A DNA stretch of 64,000 nucleotides, taken from assembly GCA_036511495.1 (NCBI GenBank), contig DATCCC010000027.1:58174-122173 (forward strand), in the 5' to 3' direction. The notes under the pieces are model-generated. The model ran no database searches, was not told where the DNA came from, and saw only the letters and a program-made list of their open reading frames with translations. The position numbers and the translations under genes are program-made. Origin of the DNA: Acidimicrobiales bacterium (lineage in GTDB: Bacteria > Actinomycetota > Acidimicrobiia > Acidimicrobiales > RAAP-2). Below are positions 18,206-28,214 of this stretch, one piece after another (positions within the stretch are counted from its first letter, which is position 1; every line of letters starts with the position of its first letter).

Positions 18206-20926
18206 TTAGGCCGTGCGCGGAATCTCGCGCTCTTCGAATGTCTCAATGATGTCGTCGGGCTTCAGATCTTGGTAGTCCGACAGTCCGATGCCGCATTCGA
18301 AGCCCGCGGCGACTTCGCGCGCGTCTTCCTTGAATCGTCGGAGCGACGTGATCGAGCCCTTCCAGATAATCACACCATCACGCAAGAATCGAACTTTCGA
18401 TCCTCGAGTAATGACGCCGTCGCGGACGAAGCAACCAGCGATCGCGCCAATGCGCGGCACGCGGAACACTTCGCGTACTTCAGCTTCACCCGTGACGATC
18501 TCTTCGAAGATTGGCGTCAACAGACCGAGCATCGCGGACTGAATCTCTTCAATCAACTTGTAGATGATCTCGTAGGTGCGGATCTGTACCGATTCGCTCT
18601 CGGCGAGTTCTCGACTGCGCTTGTCTGGTCGAACGTTAAAACCAATAATGGTCGCGTTCGAGGCCTTGGCCAACTGCACGTCGTTCTCCGTAATACCGCC
18701 CACGCCCCGGTGCACGATGACGAGCTTGACGTCGTCGCGCTCGAGTTTGCGAAGCGACTCAGTGCAGGCTTCGAGCGAACCTTGCACGTCAGCCTTCAAC
18801 ACAATGTTGAGCGTCGCGGTTTCACCGCGTTGAATCTGCTCAAAGAGATCCTCGAGTCGGGCGCCACTCGATGACGCCACGGGCTGTTGCCCAACAAGAC
18901 GAGTGCGCTGGGCACGCGCTTCAGCGAGCGAGCGAGCGTGACCGAGGTCACGCGCAACGCGCATCTCATCGCCGGCGAACGGTGGCTCGCTAAAACCCAG
19001 TATCTGCACAGGTGTCGAGGGGCCGGCCGTCTTCACGGACTTGCCCTGATCGTTAATTAACGCTTTGACCTTGCCGAAGGCCGGGCCGGCCACGACGGGG
19101 TCACCGACACTGAGCAGTCCCTTTTGAATCATGACCGTCGCCACGGGACCGCGTCCAACTTCCAAATTCGCTTCGAGCACGGTTCCCTCAGCGCGTCCCG
19201 TCGGCGGAGCGGAGAGTTCGCCAATTTCAGCAACGAGGAGAACCTGTTCGAGCAGTGAGTCGATTCCGGTGCCCTGGAGGGCGGAGATCTCGACAACGAT
19301 CGTTTCGCCGCCCCACTTTTCGGGGACCAGGCCGTGCTCGGAGAGCTGTTGGAGCACCCGATCAGGATTGGCGTCGGCCTTGTCCATCTTGTTGATCGCC
19401 ACAATGATTGGAACGTCAGCGGCTTTCGCGTGGTCAATGGCCTCGACGGTCTGGGGCATAACACCGTCGTCGCCCGCGACCACCAAAATGATGACGTCAG
19501 TGACCTTGGCGCCCCGGGCGCGCATCGCCGTGAAAGCTTCGTGACCTGGGGTATCGAGGAACGTAATCGACTTACCGTGCCAGGGCACTTGGTACGCACC
19601 GATGTGCTGAGTGATGCCACCTGCTTCGCCCGCGACCACGTTGGATTTACGGATTTTGTCGAGCAACAACGTCTTGCCGTGATCGACGTGGCCCATCACC
19701 GTCACAACGGGCGAACGAGGAGCGTCGGGAATCACTTCGTCGTCGTCGTCTTCGTCAAAAAACTTCGCGAGAAGTTCCGCTTCCTTTTGCTCACCTGGGT
19801 CAACGAGGTGCACGTCGGCGCCGACTTCTGCGGCATAGAGCTCGATCATGTCATCAGTAAGACTCTGCAACGACGTCACGATTTCGCCCTGCAAGAACAA
19901 GAAACGAATTATGTCCGTGGCACTGCGATTGAGCTTGGGTCCTACGTCCTTGGCGGTCGAACCCCGCTCAATGATGATCTCGCCGTCGGGAACGGGCGCA
20001 CTGCTCGGCTGCCACGTCGTCATCTGAGTGGGCTCGAGTTCTTCAACGTTGCGACGACGACGACGCGTTGTCTTGCGCTGCGATCCGCGAGGACCGCCGC
20101 CGCCGCGCGCGGGGGCGCCGCTGCGTCCAACGCCCGTCGGTGCGCCGCCGGCCGGTGCGCCGGGACGAGTGGCGCTAAAGCCGCCACCGGGACGTGACGG
20201 TCCGCCGGTTCGAGGCGCGCCGGTACTTGGGCGAGCACTCATCGGACGAGCACCACTCGGCGGGCCACTGCGTCCAGCCCCGCCGGGCATCGGACGCCGC
20301 ACGCCCGGGGGTGGCGGAATTGGTCGACCGGAAGAACTGAGGGGGCGACCCGGGGGTGGCGGGATGGGTCGGCCAGACGAACTGAGCGGGGGTCGCGTCC
20401 CGGCGTCACCGTCCGCGGCGCCGCCGCGCTGGGTGGGTCGAATAGTCGTTGGTCCATCGGGCGACAAGGTGCGCGTTGGAGCGGGCTTGGGCGCGGGAAC
20501 ACTCGATCGAACGACTTTGGGAGCGATAGGGGCCGGAACTTCGGCGACGGGTTCGGGTGGCGAAGCGATCGCCGCGTCGGGCTGCGTAATTAGAGGCGCA
20601 GCGGCGACCGCGGGCGCGACTGCTTTGACGACGCGCGACGCGCGTACTGGGGCGGGTGGTGCGGGTTCTATTGGAGCGGCGGCTTTGGTGGCCTTCGTAG
20701 CTTTCGCCGCCTTCGTGGCTTTTTCGCCAGCGCTCTCCGCCGGCGCCGCGCGACGTAGTCCGTCCGCGTCGGCACGCCGACGGATGCGGTCGGCCTGCGC
20801 GTCCTCAATCGACGCCGAGGGGCTCGAGGCGCCGATACCTAGTTTTTGGGCGAGTGCGAGTAGCTCTTTACTCGTCAGGCCGAGTTCCTTTGAGAGCTCG
20901 TGCACTCGTATTTTCTTTGGTGCCAA
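18206..20926 (-). CDS. infB: Translation initiation factor IF-2 (TTG start)
   Basis: IRVHELSKELG N-domain; GHVDHGKT, DTPGHEAF and NKMD GTPase motifs; GFECGI. Confidence 0.97.
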   Translation of the reverse strand: MAPKKIRVHELSKELGLTSKELLALAQKLGIGASSPSASIEDAQADRIRRRADADGLRRAAPAESAGEKATKAAKATKATKAAAPIEPAPPAPVRASRVVKAVAPAVAAAPLITQPDAAIASPPEPVAEVPAPIAPKVVRSSVPAPKPAPTRTLSPDGPTTIRPTQRGGAADGDAGTRPPLSSSGRPIPPPPGRPLSSSGRPIPPPPGVRRPMPGGAGRSGPPSGARPMSARPSTGAPRTGGPSRPGGGFSATRPGAPAGGAPTGVGRSGAPARGGGGPRGSQRKTTRRRRRNVEELEPTQMTTWQPSSAPVPDGEIIIERGSTAKDVGPKLNRSATDIIRFLFLQGEIVTSLQSLTDDMIELYAAEVGADVHLVDPGEQKEAELLAKFFDEDDDDEVIPDAPRSPVVTVMGHVDHGKTLLLDKIRKSNVVAGEAGGITQHIGAYQVPWHGKSITFLDTPGHEAFTAMRARGAKVTDVIILVVAGDDGVMPQTVEAIDHAKAADVPIIVAINKMDKADANPDRVLQQLSEHGLVPEKWGGETIVVEISALQGTGIDSLLEQVLLVAEIGELSAPPTGRAEGTVLEANLEVGRGPVATVMIQKGLLSVGDPVVAGPAFGKVKALINDQGKSVKTAGPSTPVQILGFSEPPFAGDEMRVARDLGHARSLAEARAQRTRLVGQQPVASSSGARLEDLFEQIQRGETATLNIVLKADVQGSLEACTESLRKLERDDVKLVIVHRGVGGITENDVQLAKASNATIIGFNVRPDKRSRELAESESVQIRTYEIIYKLIEEIQSAMLGLLTPIFEEIVTGEAEVREVFRVPRIGAIAGCFVRDGVITRGSKVRFLRDGVIIWKGSITSLRRFKEDAREVAAGFECGIGLSDYQDLKPDDIIETFEEREIPRTA

Positions 20927-20987
20927 AACGTTCCTTCACATCGCGTACCCACACATTCGGCGGGCACAGTTTCCTATTCTTTCACAA

Positions 20988-21236
20988 CTACAACCTTTTC
21001 CTGGTCGTGAGACCTCTTAGAGCCACCACGTCGCTGTCGAGCACCGTGCTTCTTAGTGCTCGAGCCACGTGAGTAACTCCAACCAATTCTTCACATCGTG
21101 GGTCGTCACACCACCACACGCCACGGCCAACGCCTCGTCCGAGATACCAGGACCCGTCGAGGCCCTTTCCGGCGCGAACCATCTCGTCGTCATCTCGCCG
21201 TTCACGGCAGACAACACACGTACGAACCGGGCCTAT
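20988..21236 (-). CDS. ylxR: YlxR/DUF448 family RNA-binding protein, probable ATA start
   Basis: Extending the 64-aa ORF upstream in frame gives PVRTCVVCR...GRGVWWC...C, the YlxR signature. Lies between nusA and infB. Confidence 0.8.
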   Translation of the reverse strand: MGPVRTCVVCRERRDDDEMVRAGKGLDGSWYLGRGVGRGVWWCDDPRCEELVGVTHVARALRSTVLDSDVVALRGLTTRKRL

Positions 21237-22381
21237 GCCTCGTCCCCCGTAACCGCTTCAACAACAACGACCTCTTCGAGGTCGCCTTCAGGCGTCGATA
21301 TGACTTCATCAACGATGACTGCTTCGACCTCGCCGCCTTCGCCTTCGACGACGGCTACGGTCTCTTCGACCACGGCGTCGCCCTCGGTCCAAACTTCTTC
21401 GACGATCTCGTCGTTGCCTTCGTTTTCGGAACGGATGTCAATGCGCCATCCAGTAAGACGAGCGGCGAGGCGCGCGTTCTGACCTTCCTTGCCTATCGCG
21501 AGCGAGAGCTGCTGATCGTGAACGATGACCGTGGCGATGCCTTCTTCTTCGTTAAGACGCACTTCGCGAACACGCGCCGGTTGAAGGGCGGACTGAATGA
21601 ACTCAACGGGGTCATCACTGTAGGGAACAACGTCAATGCGCTCGGAGCGCAACTCGTTCGTAATGTTGCGAACTCGTGAACCTCGCGCACCGACGCACGC
21701 ACCCACGGGGTCGATCATCTGGTCGTTTGACGCCACGGCGATCTTCGAACGGTGACCGGGTTCACGCGCGAGCGCCTTGATCTCGACGATGCCGTTCGCG
21801 ATCTCGGGAACTTCAATCTCGAAGAGCTTCGCCACCAGCGCCGGGTGGGTACGGCTCACGACGATCTGGGGGCCCTTGTTGGTCTTTCGAACCTCAACGA
21901 TGTAGACCTTGATGCGCGCGCCGTGCTCGTAGCGCTCAAAGGCGATCTGTTCGGCCTGGGGCAAGAGAGCCTCCACCCGACCGAGGTCGAGCAACGTGTA
22001 GCGGTTGTCGTTCTGTTGGACAGTTCCTGAGACGATGTCACCTTCGCGATTCGCGAACTCTTCGTACATCTGGCGGCGCTGAATATCGCGAATCAGTTGC
22101 ATCAACACTTGCTTGGCGGTCTGCGCGGCGATGCGGCCAAAGTCTTCGGGTGTCGCGTCCCACTCGCGCGTGACGTTACCTTCGAGGTCGAGTTCGAGGC
22201 CCCAAACTTTGATCTCACCGGTTTCGGGATTGATCTCGACTTCCGCGTCTTCAGCGGAGTCGGGACGACGCTTGTAGGCGGCGAGGAGCGCGTTCGCCAA
22301 GGCGATCAACAACTCCCCCTCATCAATGTTCTGGTCACGCGCGATTTGACCGAGGGCCTCAAGAAATTCGAAGTTCGCCAT
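21233..22381 (-). CDS. nusA: Transcription termination/antitermination factor NusA
   Basis: FGRIAAQTAKQV; AREPGHRSKIAV; DPVGACVG; LAIGKEGQNARLAARLTGWRIDI. Confidence 0.97.
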   Translation of the reverse strand: MANFEFLEALGQIARDQNIDEGELLIALANALLAAYKRRPDSAEDAEVEINPETGEIKVWGLELDLEGNVTREWDATPEDFGRIAAQTAKQVLMQLIRDIQRRQMYEEFANREGDIVSGTVQQNDNRYTLLDLGRVEALLPQAEQIAFERYEHGARIKVYIVEVRKTNKGPQIVVSRTHPALVAKLFEIEVPEIANGIVEIKALAREPGHRSKIAVASNDQMIDPVGACVGARGSRVRNITNELRSERIDVVPYSDDPVEFIQSALQPARVREVRLNEEEGIATVIVHDQQLSLAIGKEGQNARLAARLTGWRIDIRSENEGNDEIVEEVWTEGDAVVEETVAVVEGEGGEVEAVIVDEVISTPEGDLEEVVVVEAVTGDEA

Positions 22382-22383
22382 GT

Positions 22384-22875
22384 CTAACCTTTCTTGCTCG
22401 TCGTTGAAGTCTTGGCACCCTTGGTCGTCGCGGGCTTGACCGCGCCCCAGGCGAAGACGGTGCGCGCGCGTTCAATCGCGTCAATCGCGATCGTCACGGG
22501 GCCGAGTTCGATGTCGTCGAGCGTGACCGTCTTCTCGTCGGCCGCTAGAAGCGTCCCTTCGAGGCGTCGCGTCGGCTCGTCCTCTCGAAGTTCTCGTAGC
22601 GTCACGACTTCATCAATCGCGCTCTTGAAGTGCAACGCGGTTCGAAGACGCCGTTCGAGGCCGGGGCTCGACACGTCCAGGGTGTAACGGCTCGCGATGG
22701 GGTCGTTCGCGTCTAACCACTCAGAGATGGTTCGATTGGCCTTCGTCAACGATTCGAGGTCAACTCCGCCGGCCTTATTGACTACGACGTTCAACGTACC
22801 CGCGGAAAACTCCACGTCGTAGAGCTCTAAACCAAGAGGAGACAGCATGGGGCGTAACGTGGTGTCCCATTCCAT
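22384..22875 (-). CDS. rimP: Ribosome maturation factor RimP
   Basis: YTLDVSSPGLERRL motif; first gene of the rimP-nusA-infB operon. Confidence 0.93.
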   Translation of the reverse strand: MEWDTTLRPMLSPLGLELYDVEFSAGTLNVVVNKAGGVDLESLTKANRTISEWLDANDPIASRYTLDVSSPGLERRLRTALHFKSAIDEVVTLRELREDEPTRRLEGTLLAADEKTVTLDDIELGPVTIAIDAIERARTVFAWGAVKPATTKGAKTSTTSKKG

Positions 22876-22913
22876 CGCCGTCTCCTTTCGTTGTCACCAC
22901 GGACGTTCAGACA

Positions 22914-22943
22914 ATAAAAAGCGCGGGCCCGAGGCCCGCGCTT
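22914..22943 (-). terminator. Terminator/attenuator hairpin in the rimP leader
   Basis: Minus strand AAGCGCGGGCC-UCG-GGCCCGCGCUU followed by UUUAUU, about 40 nt upstream of the rimP start. Confidence 0.8.
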
Positions 22944-22981
22944 AAACGAGTCCAATCGTCCTAAGCGGACTGTAGAGAGCA

Positions 22982-23010
22982 ATTATAGCAGTCAAAGAGG
23001 CTGTAAACAA
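22982..23010 (-). promoter_or_regulatory. Housekeeping-sigma promoter of the rimP-nusA-infB operon
   Basis: TTGTTT-17 bp-TATAAT with an extended TGn motif on the minus strand. Confidence 0.75.
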
Positions 23011-23067
23011 TTGGAGAGCGACTGAAGAAAACTTCAGCGCACTGCTAAAAATCTCTTTTTTCTGGGC

Positions 23068-24477
23068 TCAGTAGGACTTGGCGACGTACGCCACGAGATC
23101 GCTCTCTTCGTCGCTCGCCGGCATGGAGCCGTCCCGGCGCTGGAGGCAACGAACGCTCACGGCCTCGGCGTTCAGTTCTCGCTCGCCGTCGCCCTCGACG
23201 AGGTCCCACGCCAGACGGGCGAAACCGTCCCGAGCCGCTTCGAGCGCGCCGGTGATGCTCGCGACGTCATGCGTGTGCTCGTTTCGGTGGGCCAGCGCCC
23301 GCTCGAAGAGGTCGTCCTGCATTGTTTCTAAAAGCGCCGGTACTTCGCTCGCCAACGCGGCGAGCGCTCTCGGTAGTTTTTCGCCCGAGTCACGTCGAAC
23401 CATGGTGACGAGTCCCTGGGCCAAGTCGCGAGGACCAACTTCAACACGTAGCGGCACGCCCTTGATCTCCCAGTCCGTCACCCGACGGCCGAAGCTTCCC
23501 CGACCATTATCGAGCTCCACTCGTACGCCCGCAGCGGCGAGCGTCTTCGTTATCGTTTCGGCGGCTGTCGTGACGTCGGGTTCGTCGCGCACGACAATCA
23601 CCACGACTTGTACCGGTGCGAGGCGCGGCGGCACGATCAGACCGGCGTCATCCCCGTGGGCCATAATAAGTCCACCAACGAGGCGCGTCGAAGAACCCCA
23701 CGACGTCGTGAAACACAACTCGGCCTGTCCCTCTTCACTTTGGTAGAAGATGTCGAAAGCCTTGGCGAAGTTTTGACCGAGCTCGTGACTCGTCGCCATC
23801 TGCAAGGCCTTACCATCACGCATCATGCCCTCACACGTCATGGAGTTCATCGCGCCGGCGAATCGTTCGCTGGGCGGCTTGATACCAACGTACGTAGGCG
23901 TCGCGAGGACGTTCACGAGAAAGTCGTTGTAGACCTCCGATTGAATTTTTTTGGCGTAGGTCGACGCGTCGTCGTGACTCGCGTGTGCGGTGTGTCCCTC
24001 CTGCCAAAGGAACTCCGAACTGCGCAGAAAGAGTCGGGGGCGAAGTTCCCATCGTACGACGTTGGCCCACTGGTTCAGCAGTAGGGGCAGGTCGCGATAG
24101 CTCTGGATCCACTTGGCCATGAACTCACCAATCACCGTCTCGGACGTGGGTCGAACGATGATCGGCTCAGCGAGTCTTTCGCCGCCGGCGTGCGTTACCA
24201 CCGCGAGTTCGGGACTGAAACCTTCCACGTGCTCGGCTTCTTTGGAGAGATAACTCTCCGGGATAAAGAGCGGGAAGTACGCGTTCTTTGCGCCCGCCGA
24301 CTTGATACGTGTGTCGATCTCGGACTGAATGCGCTCCCAGATGGCGTAGCCGTAGGGGCGGATGACCATCGTGCCGCGAACGGGGCCGTTATCGGCCAGT
24401 TCGGCCTTAGCGACGACGTCTTGGTACCAACGCGGAAAGTCCTGGTCTTGAGGGGTGAGAACGCTCTGCGACGCCAC
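23068..24477 (-). CDS. proS: Proline--tRNA ligase (archaeal/eukaryote-like type, no editing insertion)
   Basis: EAEHVEGFSPE, RPTSET, NQWANVVRWE, EFLWQEGHTAH and C-terminal AKSY. Confidence 0.95.
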   Translation of the reverse strand: MASQSVLTPQDQDFPRWYQDVVAKAELADNGPVRGTMVIRPYGYAIWERIQSEIDTRIKSAGAKNAYFPLFIPESYLSKEAEHVEGFSPELAVVTHAGGERLAEPIIVRPTSETVIGEFMAKWIQSYRDLPLLLNQWANVVRWELRPRLFLRSSEFLWQEGHTAHASHDDASTYAKKIQSEVYNDFLVNVLATPTYVGIKPPSERFAGAMNSMTCEGMMRDGKALQMATSHELGQNFAKAFDIFYQSEEGQAELCFTTSWGSSTRLVGGLIMAHGDDAGLIVPPRLAPVQVVVIVVRDEPDVTTAAETITKTLAAAGVRVELDNGRGSFGRRVTDWEIKGVPLRVEVGPRDLAQGLVTMVRRDSGEKLPRALAALASEVPALLETMQDDLFERALAHRNEHTHDVASITGALEAARDGFARLAWDLVEGDGERELNAEAVSVRCLQRRDGSMPASDEESDLVAYVAKSY

Positions 24478-24512
24478 GGTGCTCCTTTGTAAAGGGACAG
24501 CCTAGGTCAGCC

Positions 24513-25742
24513 TCAGTGCTCGACGTGACGTCGAATCTTCGCAATGCGCTCTTGGGAGTGATTGGCGTCAGCGCCGCGGTCATCGAGCAACGCCGCGCGG
24601 TCGGCCTCGGCTTCGGCTTCGGCGGTGACGTCGCGGGCCAAGAGTCGTGCCTCGATTCCTTCGGCGATGATCTTCTTCGCTTCGTCAACGAGCGCGTCCA
24701 CCATCTCGTCTTCGCGCACCACGCGCACGATCTGACCTTGAATGAAGAGGTGTCCACGCTTCTTACCGGCGGCGATGCCGAGATCGGCGTGGCGCGCCTC
24801 ACCGGGTCCATTCACGACACAGCCCATCACCGCGACCTGTAGCGGGACGGCGAGCGCGTTCAGCGCGGCCTGGGCTTCGGTGGCGACCTTGATCACGTCG
24901 ACTTCGGCGCGTCCGCAGCTCGGACAGGCAATAAGGTCCAGACCCTTTCGCTCGCGAAGTCCAAGGGACTCGAGCAACTGGCGACCGGCGCGCGCCTCTT
25001 CCACCGGGTCGGCAGTGAGCGAGTAGCGCAGCGTGTCGCCAATGCCTTCAGCGAGCAGCGTCGCGATGCCGGCCGTGCCCTTTAAGAGACCGCCCGGTAA
25101 GGGGCCGGCCTCGGTGACACCGAGGTGCAGCGGGTGATCGAAAGTAGCTGAGGCGAGGCGGTAGGCCGCGATCATGGTCGCCACCGACGAGGCCTTGACC
25201 GATATCTTGACGTCCGAGAAACCCACTTCATCGAAATAGGCCAACTCGATGCGCGCCGACTCCACGAGTGCTTCGGGTGTCGCGCCGCCGAATCGTTCGT
25301 AGATATCGGGATGGAGCGATCCCGCGTTCACCCCAATGCGAATCGGCACGCCACGATCGCGCGCTTCGCTCGCGACGAGTTTGATCTCGGCCGGCTTGCG
25401 AAGGTTGCCCGGGTTGAGGCGTAGGCCCTGCACACCCGCTTCGAGCGCGGCGAGGGCCATTTCGACGTGAAAGTGAATGTCCGCGACGATGGGCACGGGC
25501 GAGCGAGGCACAATCTGGGCCAAACCCTCCGCGGCGCCCTGATCGTTACAGGTGCATCGAACGATGTCAGCTCCGTTCGCCGCCAGCGCGTAGATCTGTT
25601 GGAGCGTGCCTTCGACGTCCGCAGTTTTCGTCGTCGTCATGGACTGAACCGATATCGGCGCGTCACCACCGACCTTGACTGAGCCAACGGAGATCTGACG
25701 CGTGACGCGACGAGGGGTGAGGGAACTAGCGGTGACGTCCAC
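24513..25742 (-). CDS. ispG: HMBPP synthase (MEP pathway)
   Basis: SVQSMTTT, ADIHF, RLNPGN, HLGVTEAG, CPSCGR and MGCVVNGPGEA. Confidence 0.96.
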   Translation of the reverse strand: MDVTASSLTPRRVTRQISVGSVKVGGDAPISVQSMTTTKTADVEGTLQQIYALAANGADIVRCTCNDQGAAEGLAQIVPRSPVPIVADIHFHVEMALAALEAGVQGLRLNPGNLRKPAEIKLVASEARDRGVPIRIGVNAGSLHPDIYERFGGATPEALVESARIELAYFDEVGFSDVKISVKASSVATMIAAYRLASATFDHPLHLGVTEAGPLPGGLLKGTAGIATLLAEGIGDTLRYSLTADPVEEARAGRQLLESLGLRERKGLDLIACPSCGRAEVDVIKVATEAQAALNALAVPLQVAVMGCVVNGPGEARHADLGIAAGKKRGHLFIQGQIVRVVREDEMVDALVDEAKKIIAEGIEARLLARDVTAEAEAEADRAALLDDRGADANHSQERIAKIRRHVEH

Positions 25743-25780
25743 TCCTCTAGTCTGCCGTGCGCCAGAGCGCCCCGAAGCGC

Positions 25781-27043
25781 CTAGTTGAAGGGATTGGCGA
25801 TGGGGTGGACGATGTCGAGATAGAGCGTGCAGGCAAAGAGAATCAGTAAGACACCCATAAAGGCGTAGATCAGTGGCGCCAAGCGGTTGATGTCGAGGTG
25901 GTAGCGAGAACCTTTTCGACTACGCAGTCGTTCGTAGGTCGCGATTGCCACGTACCCGCCGTCGAGGGGCAAGATCGGCAACATGTTGAGCACACCCACA
26001 AAGATATTGATGATGACTAAAATGGCGATTAACGTGGCCCAGCCGTTGTGTGCACCTTGGACCGCGATGCGCACCACACCCACGATCGACTCAGGACGCG
26101 TGTCTTGATTCACCCTATTTTCTGCGGCGGCCGGCGAGGCCACCTGATGAAAGAGACTCAGAAACTCGTGCAGTGAGAACACGTGCACGAGTGAGGTGCC
26201 CGTCGAGGCTAGGGCCGAGCCGATGGTATGAAATGCGTGCGGGACGGCGCCCAGCAGTGACGCGTGAACGGTCGCCTCGCCGATTTGAATCCCGATATAG
26301 CCCGAGGGCGGCAGCGACTTACTTACGAGCGGCGTACCGCTGACCTTGATGTTCTGCCCATTGACGGGTGTCGCGTGCAGCGTGAGGTCGTGTCCCCCAC
26401 GATCGACGAGCAACGTGAGAGAGGTGCCCACGTGATCATGGACGACGGAGTCGAGTTGGTTGGGACTCGTAATTTTGTGTCCGTCAACGGCCACGATCTG
26501 GTCGCCGACCTTTAATCCGGCAAGTTGCGCGACGGTCTCTTTGTGGCCGTCCCACTTGCTGAACTGCGCGATGTCGACGTGACTCGCTGACGGCGCGCCA
26601 ATGAAGGCGAGCGACACCCAGGCCAGGGTGAGGGCCATCAGCAGATGCATCAACGATCCGGCCGACGCGAAGAGGACCTTTTTGGGATACGAGGCCGCTC
26701 GGTACGTGCGCTTTTCGAGGGCGGGATCAATCTTTTCCGTCCAGGTCATGCCCGGCACCTTGACGTAACCGCCAAGAAGAAGGGCACGCACGCCGTATCG
26801 CGTCTCGCCGATGGTCGTTGACCACACGACCGGGCCAAAGCCGACGAAGAAGTCCGTCACGAGGAGTCCGGCACGCTTGGCGGTGATGAAGTGCCCGAAC
26901 TCGTGACCCATCACCATCGCGATCACGGCAAAGATGACGAAAGGTAGGGCCCAGCCGGCCCACCACGTGAGCAGAGCCACTAACGCCACGACGCCCACGA
27001 TTAACGTCAGGGGCGACTGGCGAAGTGACGAACTCTGTTCCAT
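25781..27043 (-). CDS. rseP: M50-family intramembrane zinc metalloprotease with PDZ domain (RseP/Rip1-like)
   Basis: HEFGH; NMLPILPLDGG; dxr-rseP-ispG synteny. Confidence 0.9.
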   Translation of the reverse strand: MEQSSSLRQSPLTLIVGVVALVALLTWWAGWALPFVIFAVIAMVMGHEFGHFITAKRAGLLVTDFFVGFGPVVWSTTIGETRYGVRALLLGGYVKVPGMTWTEKIDPALEKRTYRAASYPKKVLFASAGSLMHLLMALTLAWVSLAFIGAPSASHVDIAQFSKWDGHKETVAQLAGLKVGDQIVAVDGHKITSPNQLDSVVHDHVGTSLTLLVDRGGHDLTLHATPVNGQNIKVSGTPLVSKSLPPSGYIGIQIGEATVHASLLGAVPHAFHTIGSALASTGTSLVHVFSLHEFLSLFHQVASPAAAENRVNQDTRPESIVGVVRIAVQGAHNGWATLIAILVIINIFVGVLNMLPILPLDGGYVAIATYERLRSRKGSRYHLDINRLAPLIYAFMGVLLILFACTLYLDIVHPIANPFN

Positions 27044-27045
27044 AA

Positions 27046-28212
27046 CTACTTTTTGAGGCTAGCGCGAGCCCACTTTCGAGAGACGTCGTCACTTTCATGC
27101 AGCGCGGACAAGGATTCCAGTGGATCGGGCACGTAGTGGTCCATGGTCGCGGCCACGATGGCGACGATGTCGCACCACGAGATCTGATCGGCCAAGAACG
27201 CCTCGACCGCGACTTCATTCGCTGCGCTCAACCACGCCGGGGCGGCGCCACCGAGTCGAGCCGCTTCAAAGGCGAGTCCCAGCGCAGGGAACGCTTCGTA
27301 GTCCGGTGGCTCAAAGCTCAACTCGAAATTCTTCGTGAAGTCGAGTTCGCCGTAGTGATGAGCGAGGCGTTCGGGGAGACCGAGACAGTACGCAATGGGC
27401 AGACGCATGTCGGGGCGAGAGAGTTGGGCGAGCACCGAGCCGTCGACGTACTCAACCATTGAGTGCACGACCGACTGAGGATGAACGACGACCTCAACAC
27501 GCGACGCGTCAATTCCAAAGAGCGCTGAGGCCTCGAGTACTTCGAGGCCCTTATTCATCAGCGTCGACGAGTCGATCGTGATCTTCGCGCCCATGCTCCA
27601 CGTGGGATGGTGCAAGGCCTCTTCCTTGGTCGCGCCCTTCAAGTCGTCCTTGCTCCATCCTCGAAACGGTCCGCCGGACGCCGTGAGGAGGAGTCGCTTG
27701 ACGTCGGGGTAACCGCCGTGAGCGGGCGAACTCGCGAGACACTGATGTATCGCGCAGTGCTCTGAATCGATCGGCAGCAGCTCGGCGCCCATCGTGTCAC
27801 GAACGCTGGCCACCAATGGCGCGGCCGCGATGAGTGACTCCTTGTTCGCCAACGCCAATCGCTTTCCGGCGCCAAGCGCCGCGAGCGTGACGGGAAGGCC
27901 CGCAAAGCCCAGCACCGCGTTCACGATGACGTCCGCGCTCCGCGAAAGCTCGGCCAGCCCTTCTTCACCCACGACGATCGCGACGCCGGGTCCGACGAGG
28001 TCTTCTAGGGCCGTTCGGTGTACGAGGCTCTTCACTGCTATGGAAGCGACGTTGAACTCACTGGCGATCGCCGCGAGCTCGCTCAACTGCTCACCCCCGC
28101 TGATCGACACCAATTCAAAGCGCTCGCGCTCGTGGCGCAACACGTCGAGTGTTTGTACGCCAATAGATCCCGTCGCCCCAAACAGCGCCACGCTTTGGCG
28201 CGAGTGCGACAT
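27046..28212 (-). CDS. dxr: 1-deoxy-D-xylulose-5-phosphate reductoisomerase
   Basis: GATGSIG, LANKESL, PIDSEH, HPTWSMGAKITIDS and NKGLE. Confidence 0.96.
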   Translation of the reverse strand: MSHSRQSVALFGATGSIGVQTLDVLRHERERFELVSISGGEQLSELAAIASEFNVASIAVKSLVHRTALEDLVGPGVAIVVGEEGLAELSRSADVIVNAVLGFAGLPVTLAALGAGKRLALANKESLIAAAPLVASVRDTMGAELLPIDSEHCAIHQCLASSPAHGGYPDVKRLLLTASGGPFRGWSKDDLKGATKEEALHHPTWSMGAKITIDSSTLMNKGLEVLEASALFGIDASRVEVVVHPQSVVHSMVEYVDGSVLAQLSRPDMRLPIAYCLGLPERLAHHYGELDFTKNFELSFEPPDYEAFPALGLAFEAARLGGAAPAWLSAANEVAVEAFLADQISWCDIVAIVAATMDHYVPDPLESLSALHESDDVSRKWARASLKK

Positions 28213-28214
28213 CG

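Noticed and set aside
20028-21020. 330-aa Gly/Ala-rich plus-strand ORF
   Set aside because: Antisense to the low-complexity N-terminus of IF-2.
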